This document shows, one piece after another, positions 45,359 to 53,031 of a DNA stretch of 64,000 bases. The stretch is from an uncultured Clostridia bacterium (lineage in GTDB: Bacteria > Bacillota > Clostridia > Christensenellales > UBA3700): positions 25,292 through 89,291 of the forward strand of contig CAMFVQ010000058.1 in assembly GCA_945992255.1 (NCBI GenBank), written 5' to 3'. The position numbers and the translations under genes were made by a program. The stretch's first letter is position 1. Every line of letters begins with the position of its first letter. The notes beneath the pieces are model-generated. The model searched no databases, was not told the origin of the DNA, and saw only the letters and a program-made list of their open reading frames with translations.

Positions 45359-47365
45359 TCAGTCCTTACGATAGTAAGTAGTTGTATACCCGTCAGCTGT
45401 TAAAGGCAAGCCCTTTACCCATGCCGTGTCCTTAAGAGCCATAATGCCCTTTATGCGGTCCAGGTGGATACCCTCGTTACCTTGGTCTACCTCTACTATA
45501 ACCTCGTCGTGTACGTGGAATTGTACTCTATACCCGTTGCTATCGAGCTCCAGCATAGCGGCGCCTAAGCAGTCCCTAGCGGTCGCCTGTGTTATGTTCT
45601 CAGCAAGCTTACCGCCGTAGGTAGATACCTCCTCCCACTTTTGTGTTTTTTGGTTCGTTCCTTTATACTTTATCTCGGTGTGCCCGTTCCCTATATCTAC
45701 TACCTTTGCGTCTTGGTAGGCTATTGCTCTACCGCTAGGCAGTTTTATAAAAAGAATGCTACCTATAAGCTTGAATACTAATCCTCTGTCCGGCGTTATC
45801 CTTATGGAACTGCCAGGGTTGAGTATGGCCTCTTTGGCTGCGTTCTCTACGCTTGTCCAGAACTTAGTAATATGCTTGTTAGCTCCTCGCCAGCTTTTTA
45901 CGAGGTGGTCTAGCTCGTCGTCGGTTAAGCCCATCTCGTCTGCGCCGAATGCTTTAAGGGCGTTTATGCCGCCGCCGTAGCCAAGCGCTAACTCCATGAT
46001 CTTGCCTTTCTTACGTTCCGGGCTGCCCTTGGTTACGCTCTCTATAGGAACCTTAAAGGCTGTAGCGTAGCTCGCCTCGTAGATCTTGCCGTGTGTTTTG
46101 AATACGTCTAAGCGCCACGTCTCTCCAGAGAGCCAAGCTATAACTCTCGCCTCTATGGCTGAGTAGTCTGCCACCGCAAAGGTCTTGGTCTCTGCAGCTA
46201 TAAAGCAAGTACGTATAAGCTGGCTAAAGATATCCATAAGAGAGGGGTATAGCAGGTATATAAGTTCCCACTCTCCAGCCTTTACTAGCTCGCGTACTAG
46301 GTCTAAGTTTTTAAACTTGTTTTGTGGTAAGTTTTGCAGCTGTACCAGCCTGCCGGCCCACCGCCCTGTACGGTTGGCGCCGTAAAACTGGAGCATACCG
46401 CGTATACGGTTATCGCTGCATAGCGCTCGGTCTATTGCGTCGTACTTTGTAACGCTTGTTTTGCCAAGCTCTTGGCGTATTTGCAAGAATTCTATAACGT
46501 CCTTATGCTCTCCAGTAGCTTTAAGCTCGGTTAGCAAATTCTTAACGCCCTCTTTGTCTAGGCTCTCCGGATCTATGCCTTTGGAGGCAAGCCAGCGCCT
46601 TATTTGTGGCAAACTGTTAGGGTTATCTATGCCGCTGAGTTGCATAGCCCGTTCCGTCTGCTGTCTTTTATGTTCGTCTGCGTAGCCCAGTACAGAGCCT
46701 ACAAGGTCGGTATCAATTAGAACTCCGCCCTCGTTCATAAGCTGGTCTAATTGCCATAAGCGTTGCTCGCTCTGTGTCGTCTTGGGGTAAACCTCAAGGC
46801 GGCGGTATATAGCTCTCTCTGTTACTACGTCTTGGCGGTTGTACTCTTTATAGAGTGCCCACTTGTCCGGGTCGTGTGCTGGTAGATTCCTTGTCCTGTT
46901 GCCGTTGGTTTTAGTCGCCTTACAAGGCTTAGCAAAGTAGAGTACTAGCCTCTTGCCTATTGCCATTTTTTTCTCGTCCTCCCCTAAGCCTAGAACCTCG
47001 CCTACTGCGGCAAGGCTCCTAGGTAATCCTAAAGAGGATGACCTTACGGCTGTGCACTCCCATTGGCTGGGAGGCATAGCCGTATCGTAAAACTTAGCTA
47101 AGCAGGTGCGCTCAAAGTTCGCGTTATGCGCCAGCTTAAGTACGCTATCGTCTGTAAGGTCCTTAAGTACTTGGCTCGGTAGTTCCTCGCCGGATGCAAG
47201 GTCTACTACCTCTACGTCGTCGTCTCCGTATGCGTAGCCGAATAGCATAATCTCAAACGCTGGAGTGTCTACGTACCGGTATACGCCGCAGTCTGTAAGA
47301 TCTACGTCGCTGTAGGTCTCTATGTCTATAAAGAGCTCTCGCCTCTTAGAAATCGACGTCGTCAT
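45359..47365 (-). CDS. Family A DNA polymerase with 3'-5' exonuclease domain
   Basis: Exo I FIDIETYS; polymerase motifs ADYSAIEARV, RKKGKIMELALGYGGG and QFHVHDEV. Confidence 0.9.
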   Translation of the reverse strand: MTTSISKRRELFIDIETYSDVDLTDCGVYRYVDTPAFEIMLFGYAYGDDDVEVVDLASGEELPSQVLKDLTDDSVLKLAHNANFERTCLAKFYDTAMPPSQWECTAVRSSSLGLPRSLAAVGEVLGLGEDEKKMAIGKRLVLYFAKPCKATKTNGNRTRNLPAHDPDKWALYKEYNRQDVVTERAIYRRLEVYPKTTQSEQRLWQLDQLMNEGGVLIDTDLVGSVLGYADEHKRQQTERAMQLSGIDNPNSLPQIRRWLASKGIDPESLDKEGVKNLLTELKATGEHKDVIEFLQIRQELGKTSVTKYDAIDRALCSDNRIRGMLQFYGANRTGRWAGRLVQLQNLPQNKFKNLDLVRELVKAGEWELIYLLYPSLMDIFSQLIRTCFIAAETKTFAVADYSAIEARVIAWLSGETWRLDVFKTHGKIYEASYATAFKVPIESVTKGSPERKKGKIMELALGYGGGINALKAFGADEMGLTDDELDHLVKSWRGANKHITKFWTSVENAAKEAILNPGSSIRITPDRGLVFKLIGSILFIKLPSGRAIAYQDAKVVDIGNGHTEIKYKGTNQKTQKWEEVSTYGGKLAENITQATARDCLGAAMLELDSNGYRVQFHVHDEVIVEVDQGNEGIHLDRIKGIMALKDTAWVKGLPLTADGYTTTYYRKD

Positions 47366-47909
47366 CCTCTACGTCGAAATCGTCGTTAAAGTCTGCCTCA
47401 GCGCTTTGGCGTCCGCTAAGAGGATCGCCGTCTTTGATTTTTTGCAAGTTGTTAAGACCTGCAGCTACGCCCTTGTTACCGCTTGCGTTATAAGCGAAAA
47501 AGTTAAGGCTAGCTCTGCCGTAGCAGCCGGAGTAGAACTCCTCCTCGTCGGTAATAGCCTTTTTAGCGGCGTCAATAATGCCGGGCTTTTGCATGCTGGA
47601 GCAGTTTACAAAATAGCTATCTGCGTAGGCCTCGTCGTCCGGGCGTTCCTCGTCGCCGTCTCTTAAAGGCGTCTTAAGTCCGCCGGGGATTTTACCTCCC
47701 CACTTAGAGGTTTTGCCTTGCTCTTTGGCTGCGTTTACTGCTGCCTCAATTTTCTTAATGGTTGCCGTATCGCTCTTAGGAATTATAAGGCTTACGGAGT
47801 ACTTGGGCTCGTCGGTCTCGCCTACGCTTACCGGCTTAAAAACGTGCGCGTAGCTAAAGCGTACAAGTCCTGTTATTACTTTCGTTGCGTTGGTGTTATT
47901 GTCTGCCAT
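47346..47909 (-). CDS. DUF2815-family ssDNA-binding-like protein
   Basis: The N-terminus ...TGLVRFSYAHVFKP... is typical of DUF2815. Conserved neighbour of this PolA type. Confidence 0.7.
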   Translation of the reverse strand: MADNNTNATKVITGLVRFSYAHVFKPVSVGETDEPKYSVSLIIPKSDTATIKKIEAAVNAAKEQGKTSKWGGKIPGGLKTPLRDGDEERPDDEAYADSYFVNCSSMQKPGIIDAAKKAITDEEEFYSGCYGRASLNFFAYNASGNKGVAAGLNNLQKIKDGDPLSGRQSAEADFNDDFDVEDDDVDF

Positions 47910-47930
47910 GATTTTATCCTCCTGTATGGC

Positions 47931-48104
47931 TTAAAGATTTTTAATGTTTTCGTTTACTCTGTCGAGTATGTTACTTACTACGCCGTCGACATCGTCGTTT
48001 ACACTGGCGGTCTTAAGGCGTTTGCTTGTCTTTTTGAGCTCTACATAGTCTTGCAAGAGCCTTACGGTCTCCTCTGCAATTTTGATTTGTTCGTCTGGTT
48101 TCAT
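47931..48104 (-). CDS. Small phage hypothetical protein (57 aa, not in the ORF track)
   Basis: My own translation gives MKPDEQIKIAEETVRLL...NIKNL*. GGAGG SD upstream. Confidence 0.45.
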   Translation of the reverse strand: MKPDEQIKIAEETVRLLQDYVELKKTSKRLKTASVNDDVDGVVSNILDRVNENIKNL

Positions 48105-48116
48105 AATGCCTCCTTG

Positions 48117-48551
48117 TTAGAATGGTATATCGTCGTTGAAATCGTCGGCTGCGCTACTTGTATCCATCTCCGGACGCTTGTCCGTATCCGGTACGAGGGT
48201 TGGCTTGCCTTGGGGTTTCTCTACTAAGTCGCCCAGGATCGTAGCAAAGCGCTTTTTACCGCAAAGGCTCTCTATAGCCGAGAGGCTTAAAAGCTTACGC
48301 TCGTATATGATCTCCTCCGGGTATCCATTAGAGGTAAGGGCTGCTACTACCTTTTGCTCGTCGCTAAAGGTTCTTACGCTACGTCCCTCTACGACCTTAA
48401 AACCTTTGTAGTGCTTGCCTTGTAAAGCTTGCTGTAGGGCGTACTCTTTAACTTGTTTGGCCCATTTTTCTAAGCCGTCTAAGTGAGGAAGTAGCGCCTC
48501 TATTTCCTCGTCGGTTAAAAGGTCTGGGTCTTTTATAGCTGGAATATCCAT
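48117..48551 (-). CDS. DUF2800 C-terminal-like protein
   Basis: Its ATG follows the upstream TAA directly, in the same frame, and it has its own AGGAGG SD. Confidence 0.5.
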   Translation of the reverse strand: MDIPAIKDPDLLTDEEIEALLPHLDGLEKWAKQVKEYALQQALQGKHYKGFKVVEGRSVRTFSDEQKVVAALTSNGYPEEIIYERKLLSLSAIESLCGKKRFATILGDLVEKPQGKPTLVPDTDKRPEMDTSSAADDFNDDIPF

Positions 48552-49325
48552 TTACTTTTGTCCTCCTAATATGTTCAGTATTGAGCTTAAGTAGTGCCTA
48601 GCTCTTTCTCTGCAGGTGGCACGGGCTCTGCAGAATTGGCAATGATCGCCAGCGCTGTATACTCTTGTATCCTTGTAAGCGTCCGCCGCCACTTGCTTTA
48701 TAGATTCGCCCCAGCCCTCCAGCTCCGACCTCGTTAAGTTCTCGGTCGTTATGCTATTTAGCCTTGGCTGTACTATATGGGTGGTAATCTGGTTTATATC
48801 GTAAATGTCGCCGTACTCTTGCAGAGCTCCTAGCGCGTATAGCCTTGGCTGTGGATTTTCTACGGCGTCTACTGCTACGCCCTTACCGTACTTAAGGTCC
48901 ACTATATGTAGCTTTTTTCCGGCGAGGATTATACAGTCTATCCGTCCAAAGCCTCCAGGTACGTACTCGTCGTAGCTTACGCGCTCCTCTATAAAGGTTA
49001 CAGCGTCTCTGTGATTAAGTCGGAGCCCGTCGTACAAGTCCATAACGTAGTCTATGTAGACGTCTACGTATCGCTCCATCTCGGCAATTACCCCTCCGGG
49101 CTGTATAGCTTTGTCTATGTTACGGTAGGCCTCGTCGTAGTCCTCCAGCTTTATACGTCCTGTAAGGTAGCGAAGTTTAGCCTCTGCTAGTTCGTGGGCT
49201 CTGGTGCCCTCCTCTGCATACGGTGACTCGCTCTCTGGGAATAGCGCCTCAAGTACTACGCTGCCGGGGCAGGCCAGCCACCTTTTAGAACCGCTGGCAC
49301 TTAGCTTTGCGTGTTCTCCTGGCAT
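48552..49325 (-). CDS. PD-(D/E)XK (Cas4-like) nuclease, DUF2800 N-terminal part
   Basis: LSASGSKRWLACPGS at the N-terminus, a D...DLKYGKG nuclease core, and a C-terminal CQFCRARATC cysteine cluster. Confidence 0.7.
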   Translation of the reverse strand: MPGEHAKLSASGSKRWLACPGSVVLEALFPESESPYAEEGTRAHELAEAKLRYLTGRIKLEDYDEAYRNIDKAIQPGGVIAEMERYVDVYIDYVMDLYDGLRLNHRDAVTFIEERVSYDEYVPGGFGRIDCIILAGKKLHIVDLKYGKGVAVDAVENPQPRLYALGALQEYGDIYDINQITTHIVQPRLNSITTENLTRSELEGWGESIKQVAADAYKDTRVYSAGDHCQFCRARATCRERARHYLSSILNILGGQK

Positions 49326-49330
49326 ACAGC

Positions 49331-49732
49331 TCAGCCTCCTATAGTTTTAATATCCGCTACGAGCTCGTCGTACTTATCTGCAGGAACGCTACCAAGGTCC
49401 CCGGCGCCGTACTTTTTGAGGATAGCCTTTACCTTAGGTAAGCCGTAAGTATGCTTGGCGTCTGCGAGTATCGCTCTTACGTCCTCTATATCGAGGGCGG
49501 CGGCTTGCTCTGCTTTAGGTGCCGCAGTTGTGTCAGGTGCGCCTTTAGGTGTTTGGTCTACCGTTTCCTCGGTCTTTACGGTTGCCACTTTTTTAGGCGG
49601 TTTTTGAGCCCCTGCAGGGTTGCTCGTTAAGTCTACGCCTACTACTTTGGCGCTGTTCATAGCCGCTAGGAGAGCTCCTAGCATTTCCGCTGTTTTAGGC
49701 TCTAAGCCTATGGTTACTTTGATCTCTAACAT
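49331..49732 (-). CDS. Phage hypothetical protein
   Basis: Start at MLEIKVT behind GGAGGT. Low-complexity central linker. Confidence 0.45.
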   Translation of the reverse strand: MLEIKVTIGLEPKTAEMLGALLAAMNSAKVVGVDLTSNPAGAQKPPKKVATVKTEETVDQTPKGAPDTTAAPKAEQAAALDIEDVRAILADAKHTYGLPKVKAILKKYGAGDLGSVPADKYDELVADIKTIGG

Positions 49733-49782
49733 AGTTTTTACCTCCGTTTTTATTTTTTTTGTGTTAGATCTTGCCGTGTGGT

Positions 49783-49878
49783 TTAGTGGTCGGTATCCTG
49801 GTAGCCGCACTCCGTGCAGTACCATATACCTAGCTCCTCGTCGTACTCCATGTACTCGTCGCAGTTAGGACACCTCAT
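49783..49878 (-). CDS. Small zinc-ribbon protein (31 aa, not in the ORF track)
   Basis: My own translation gives MRCPNCDEYMEYDEELGIWYCTECGYQDTDH*. AAGGAGG SD upstream. Confidence 0.5.
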   Translation of the reverse strand: MRCPNCDEYMEYDEELGIWYCTECGYQDTDH

Positions 49879-49975
49879 TTTCTAGGAAACCTCCTTTCAG
49901 CAATTCGTCTAGGAGCCAGTCTATAAAGTTGTCTAGCTGCGTAGAGCTTGCCGCGTTTTTTTCGTCTTTTGTCAT
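49865..49975 (-). CDS. Small phage hypothetical protein (36 aa, not in the ORF track)
   Basis: My own translation gives MTKDEKNAASSTQLDNFIDWLLDELLKGGFLENEVS*. AAGGAGG SD upstream. Confidence 0.35.
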   Translation of the reverse strand: MTKDEKNAASSTQLDNFIDWLLDELLKGGFLENEVS

Positions 49976-50013
49976 AAGTATTGCACCTCCTTACTTTTTT
50001 TTGTTATTTGTAA

Positions 50014-50034
50014 ATGGTTTCTTTTTGCAACCAT
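50014..50034. promoter_or_regulatory. Operator-like palindrome ATGGTT-N9-AACCAT
   Basis: Same architecture and spacer (TCTTTTTGC versus TCTATTTGC) as the operators at the CI/early-promoter switch. Confidence 0.5.
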
Positions 50035-50049
50035 ATTACGCAAAAAAAT

Positions 50050-50253
50050 TTATTTATCTTGAGCCAAAAGCGTAAAAGCGTCCACGTTATAGGTTTGCGC
50101 TACTCTGCCGAGTAGGACTACCGTCATATCGGTTTTACCGTTAAGGTAGTTGCTTACGGTAGCTGCAGAAACGCCAATCTTTTTGCCTAGGGTTTCGTTG
50201 GTGTCGTGGTTCTCGGCCATAAGACCTCGTATCTTATCGATATTTACTTTCAT
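50050..50253 (-). CDS. XRE-family HTH protein (Cro/antirepressor-like)
   Basis: The HTH ETLGKKIGVSAATVSNYLNGK is present. 67 aa. Confidence 0.7.
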   Translation of the reverse strand: MKVNIDKIRGLMAENHDTNETLGKKIGVSAATVSNYLNGKTDMTVVLLGRVAQTYNVDAFTLLAQDK

Positions 50254-50266
50254 GCTGTTATCCTCC

Positions 50267-50500
50267 TTATAAGTTTTTAAATACGTCTCTTACCAAAGCC
50301 TCCAAGCTGTCTCCGTTTACGTATATTGCGTTAGAGCGGTAACCATCTTTAGTAAGCAGGTAAACTATTTCGTCGTGTGTAGTTTCGTTGTACTCGTATA
50401 CGGCGCCGTACCATCCTGTATCAGCTTGGTAGAGTAGCGGAGAGATTACCTCTTTTACGAATTCCACCTTTCCTTGTATTGTTGATCTGTATACTTTCAT
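50267..50500 (-). CDS. Small phage hypothetical protein
   Basis: The start at MKVYRST overlaps the sigma gene stop as ATGA. Confidence 0.45.
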   Translation of the reverse strand: MKVYRSTIQGKVEFVKEVISPLLYQADTGWYGAVYEYNETTHDEIVYLLTKDGYRSNAIYVNGDSLEALVRDVFKNL

Positions 50501-51069
50501 ACTTTGTCGTCCTCCTCTATGGGTCGTAGTGGGTTCCCTATGGTAATGGCCTTGGCTCGTATACGTTTCCAAATGCTAGAGACGTAGCTGCCTTGCTTTC
50601 GTTCGCCCTTAAGGGCTAGGCATATATCGCTGTTGTTGTATCCCTGCAGGGCTAAGTTTACTACCTCCAGCTCCTCTGGATCAAGGAGCCGCTTAAGCTT
50701 GTCTATCCAAGCTAATAGCTCCTCGTTTGGTGGTTCGCAGTCCTCAGTTACAAGGCTGTCCGCATGCTCCGCTGTTAGTGGTGTTACCATGCCGTTGTAC
50801 TTGCGTATGTTCTTTACCTCTTTGTTGAGCTTATGCTGCGCTACCGTCCTGGCGTATGCATATACGCTACCTATAGGCTTGTAGCTCCGCATGGCTTTGA
50901 GGCACTCATATACTGCTATGCTGGCTAGGTCCTCCCGGTACGCTCGTAGCTCGGCGTCGCTATAGTTCTTAAGCAGGTTGGTTATTATTTTGCAAAAGGC
51001 CGTATATAACTCGTCCTCTGTTGCTATAGATTGAACGCCGTCGTCGTCCCGTATTAGGTATGTACGCAT
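50497..51069 (-). CDS. Phage-encoded sigma-70 family (ECF-like) sigma factor
   Basis: Region 2-like DLASIAVYECLKAMRSY and region 4-like LDPEELEVVNLALQGYNNSDICLAL...VSSIWKRIRAK. Confidence 0.6.
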   Translation of the reverse strand: MRTYLIRDDDGVQSIATEDELYTAFCKIITNLLKNYSDAELRAYREDLASIAVYECLKAMRSYKPIGSVYAYARTVAQHKLNKEVKNIRKYNGMVTPLTAEHADSLVTEDCEPPNEELLAWIDKLKRLLDPEELEVVNLALQGYNNSDICLALKGERKQGSYVSSIWKRIRAKAITIGNPLRPIEEDDKV

Positions 51070-51072
51070 AAG

Positions 51073-51228
51073 CTACCCTCCTCCTTTTGCCGCCTTAATC
51101 AGCGCGTTAAGTAGTTCCCCGTTGGTTCTGCAGCCTGTTTCGGCCTTAAAGTTTGCGAGTTCGCCCAGAGTTTTTATACCAAGGGTCCTGCAGTAGTTAC
51201 AAAGCTTTTTGATTTGTTCAAAGTTCAT
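51073..51228 (-). CDS. Small phage hypothetical protein (51 aa, not in the ORF track)
   Basis: My own translation gives MNFEQIKKLCNYCRTLGIKTLGELANFK...AAKGGG*. GGGAGG SD upstream. Confidence 0.4.
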   Translation of the reverse strand: MNFEQIKKLCNYCRTLGIKTLGELANFKAETGCRTNGELLNALIKAAKGGG

Positions 51229-51238
51229 AGCGTCCTCC

Positions 51239-51598
51239 CTAGCCTATGCTCCTTACGTCTAGCCAGTTTTTTACCCATTCGTATTTGGATTTGGCTACCG
51301 AGCCAAGTACGAGCTCTCGCTCTTTGTTGCGTACAAGTCCGGTTACGGCTACGGTGCCTACGCAAAAGTCTACGACCTTGCCCGTGCTGTCCGGCAGGAC
51401 TATATTTTCCCTGTAACCGTCCTTACACTTACCGTCCTCGTCTACTATAAGTACGAGCCCGTCGTATGGGCTAAACACGTGTACTAGCTGTACGTAGCCG
51501 CCTACTATTTCCTGTAAGTCTGTTATAGCTCCGTCCTCGTCGTCTCTTATGTCTTTAACCTCCGGGTACTCGCCCGGTCTTTTAATTATTATTTTCAT
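51239..51598 (-). CDS. DUF3846-like protein
   Basis: The pattern MKIIIKRPGEYPEVKDI...LQEIVGGYVQ...LIVDEDGK resembles DUF3846. Confidence 0.5.
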   Translation of the reverse strand: MKIIIKRPGEYPEVKDIRDDEDGAITDLQEIVGGYVQLVHVFSPYDGLVLIVDEDGKCKDGYRENIVLPDSTGKVVDFCVGTVAVTGLVRNKERELVLGSVAKSKYEWVKNWLDVRSIG

Positions 51599-51607
51599 AG
51601 TGCCCTC

Positions 51608-51841
51608 CTAGTTTTCTATAGCAGAGGTAGCGTAGTCTATAGCCTCCTCTATGCTGCTTACGGCGGACTCCAAGTTATCTATAACCTCTTGCATTTGCTC
51701 GCCGCGTTCTCCCTCTTGGAAACTTTCCGGTAGGTTGTCGTAGCTTTCCTGCTCCTCCTCTTGGAGGCTCTCAAGCGCGGACTTGAGTTCCTCCATTTGG
51801 TTTATAAGTTCTTGTATTGATTTACGTCTTTGTCTATTCAT
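51608..51841 (-). CDS. Highly acidic helical early protein
   Basis: E/D/Q-rich 77 aa ORF with a GGAGG SD. Confidence 0.5.
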   Translation of the reverse strand: MNRQRRKSIQELINQMEELKSALESLQEEEQESYDNLPESFQEGERGEQMQEVIDNLESAVSSIEEAIDYATSAIEN

Positions 51842-51843
51842 AA

Positions 51844-52074
51844 TTAGTCCTCCGTCTTGCCCCAGCTCTTTACCTCGGCAATGGTGCCGTTCTCAAAGAG
51901 TTCTAGCGTATATAGTAATGCTTGGTTCATACTCCAGCCGAGCGTATCCGTGTAGTACCTAAGTAGCTTGTTTACTGCGTCCTGGCTTACGTCCAGGTCT
52001 GCCGCGTTTTGTAATAAGAGGTTATAGCCTAGCTTTTCCTCTGGTGCTTGTTTTTGTACTTGTTTATTTTTCAT
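51844..52074 (-). CDS. Phage hypothetical early protein
   Basis: ORF with a GGGGAGGGG SD. Confidence 0.5.
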   Translation of the reverse strand: MKNKQVQKQAPEEKLGYNLLLQNAADLDVSQDAVNKLLRYYTDTLGWSMNQALLYTLELFENGTIAEVKSWGKTED

Positions 52075-52089
52075 AGTTAGTCCCCTCCC

Positions 52090-52407
52090 CTAGTCCTCGT
52101 AAAAGTAGAGATCTCCGTTTACAAATTCGTACTGGTACCCTTTGACGTTAAAGCGTATGTAGTTCCAGTCGGTAGCATCGTATAAAGGCTTACGGGTGTA
52201 AGATTCTTTGTGGACCCATTTTTTACCGGTTTCGTCAAGTTCCCAGCTGTCTACTTCGGCTATAATCTCTATTTGCGAAAACTCAAAGCCAAAGTATTTA
52301 TTTATCAAGGCTCTTGCCTCCGTTTCGTTAAGCTGCTTGTAGGCGCTATGCTCTAAGCGCTCGTAGTCCTCTTGGATTAAGTTAGTACCTACTACCTGTT
52401 TTGCCAT
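52090..52407 (-). CDS. First early-operon protein (hypothetical)
   Basis: Start at MAKQVVG behind GGAGGT. Lies directly downstream of the early promoter. Confidence 0.5.
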   Translation of the reverse strand: MAKQVVGTNLIQEDYERLEHSAYKQLNETEARALINKYFGFEFSQIEIIAEVDSWELDETGKKWVHKESYTRKPLYDATDWNYIRFNVKGYQYEFVNGDLYFYED

Positions 52408-52434
52408 ATTATTTTTACCTCCGTTTTGCTCTTG

Positions 52435-52457
52435 TTTGGTTTCTATTTGCAACCAAA
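52435..52457. promoter_or_regulatory. Operator O1: TTTGGTT-TCTATTTGC-AACCAAA
   Basis: Perfect 7 bp inverted arms with a 9 nt spacer, just downstream of the early -10 element. The 18 nt TTTCTATTTGCAACCAAA is repeated at 52523-52540. Confidence 0.65.
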
Positions 52458-52466
52458 GTTTACTTT

Positions 52467-52495
52467 ATTATAGCCGTTTGGTTTCTACTTGTCAA
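52467..52495 (-). promoter_or_regulatory. Early (lytic) promoter
   Basis: The minus strand reads TTGACA, 17 nt spacer, TATAAT. A degenerate operator copy (52477-52499) overlaps the spacer and the -35 element. Confidence 0.7.
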
Positions 52496-52522
52496 CAGTA
52501 TTTTTAGTTTTTTATAAAAAAA

Positions 52523-52540
52523 TTTCTATTTGCAACCAAA
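52523..52540. promoter_or_regulatory. Operator O3 (exact 18 nt copy of the O1 right part)
   Basis: TTTCTATTTGCAACCAAA, immediately upstream of the -35 element of the repressor promoter. Confidence 0.6.
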
Positions 52541-52544
52541 AATA

Positions 52545-52573
52545 TTTACAAGCGTACTATTTTATGGTATAAT
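52545..52573 (+). promoter_or_regulatory. Repressor (lysogenic) promoter
   Basis: TTTACA, 17 nt spacer, TGgTATAAT (extended -10), 30 nt before the repressor ATG. Confidence 0.65.
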
Positions 52574-52603
52574 TGGGTACCATATACTAGGAGGTGTTTA
52601 TAT

Positions 52604-53020
52604 ATGAATAGGTTAAAAGAATTGAGGCTCAATCGTAAGCTTACTATAAGAGCCCTTGCAGAAAAAGTAGGTATAAGCCATACTCAAATTACCCATATCG
52701 AGAACGGTAAAAGGAACCTTACCGTTGAAACGGCGCAGCAGTTCGCCAGCTTTTTTGGTGTATCGGTCGACTACCTTTTAGGCGCTGAGCCTTTGGAAAT
52801 GTTCGACGGCTTTGTAGATTCTATGCGTCGTATATTCTACGTTACGAGTATACATGGCGCCGGCGAGGTTTGCCAAGGTCTGCCCTCGTCTATGGAGCCT
52901 CGCTTACGTACCAAGTTGGAAATACTATTTTTATTGCAGGATCAGCAGAACCCGGAGAGCCTAGAGGCTATATACTCGCTTTGTAGGTCGCTCTCTGCTA
53001 AAGCCGATTTTAGTGACTAG
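52604..53020 (+). CDS. CI-like XRE-family repressor
   Basis: N-terminal HTH LTIRALAEKVGISHTQITHIENGKRN. Divergent from the early operon. Confidence 0.8.
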   Translation: MNRLKELRLNRKLTIRALAEKVGISHTQITHIENGKRNLTVETAQQFASFFGVSVDYLLGAEPLEMFDGFVDSMRRIFYVTSIHGAGEVCQGLPSSMEPRLRTKLEILFLLQDQQNPESLEAIYSLCRSLSAKADFSD

Positions 53021-53031
53021 GAGGTTGCCTT

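Noticed and set aside
48549-48554. Stop-codon readthrough or reassignment (an in-frame TAA followed by ATG splits a DUF2800-like protein; see also the TAA at 14227)
   Set aside because: The downstream cistron has its own AGGAGG SD at correct spacing, so it is a coupled two-gene arrangement. TAA, TAG and TGA all terminate well-defined genes throughout the window, so there is no sign of recoding.
50050-50500. Small ORF plus HTH as an anti-CRISPR/Aca operon
   Set aside because: The pair is embedded in the long early operon with no promoter of its own. The only nearby palindrome lies downstream of the HTH gene and matches the CI-type operators, so there is no specific support.
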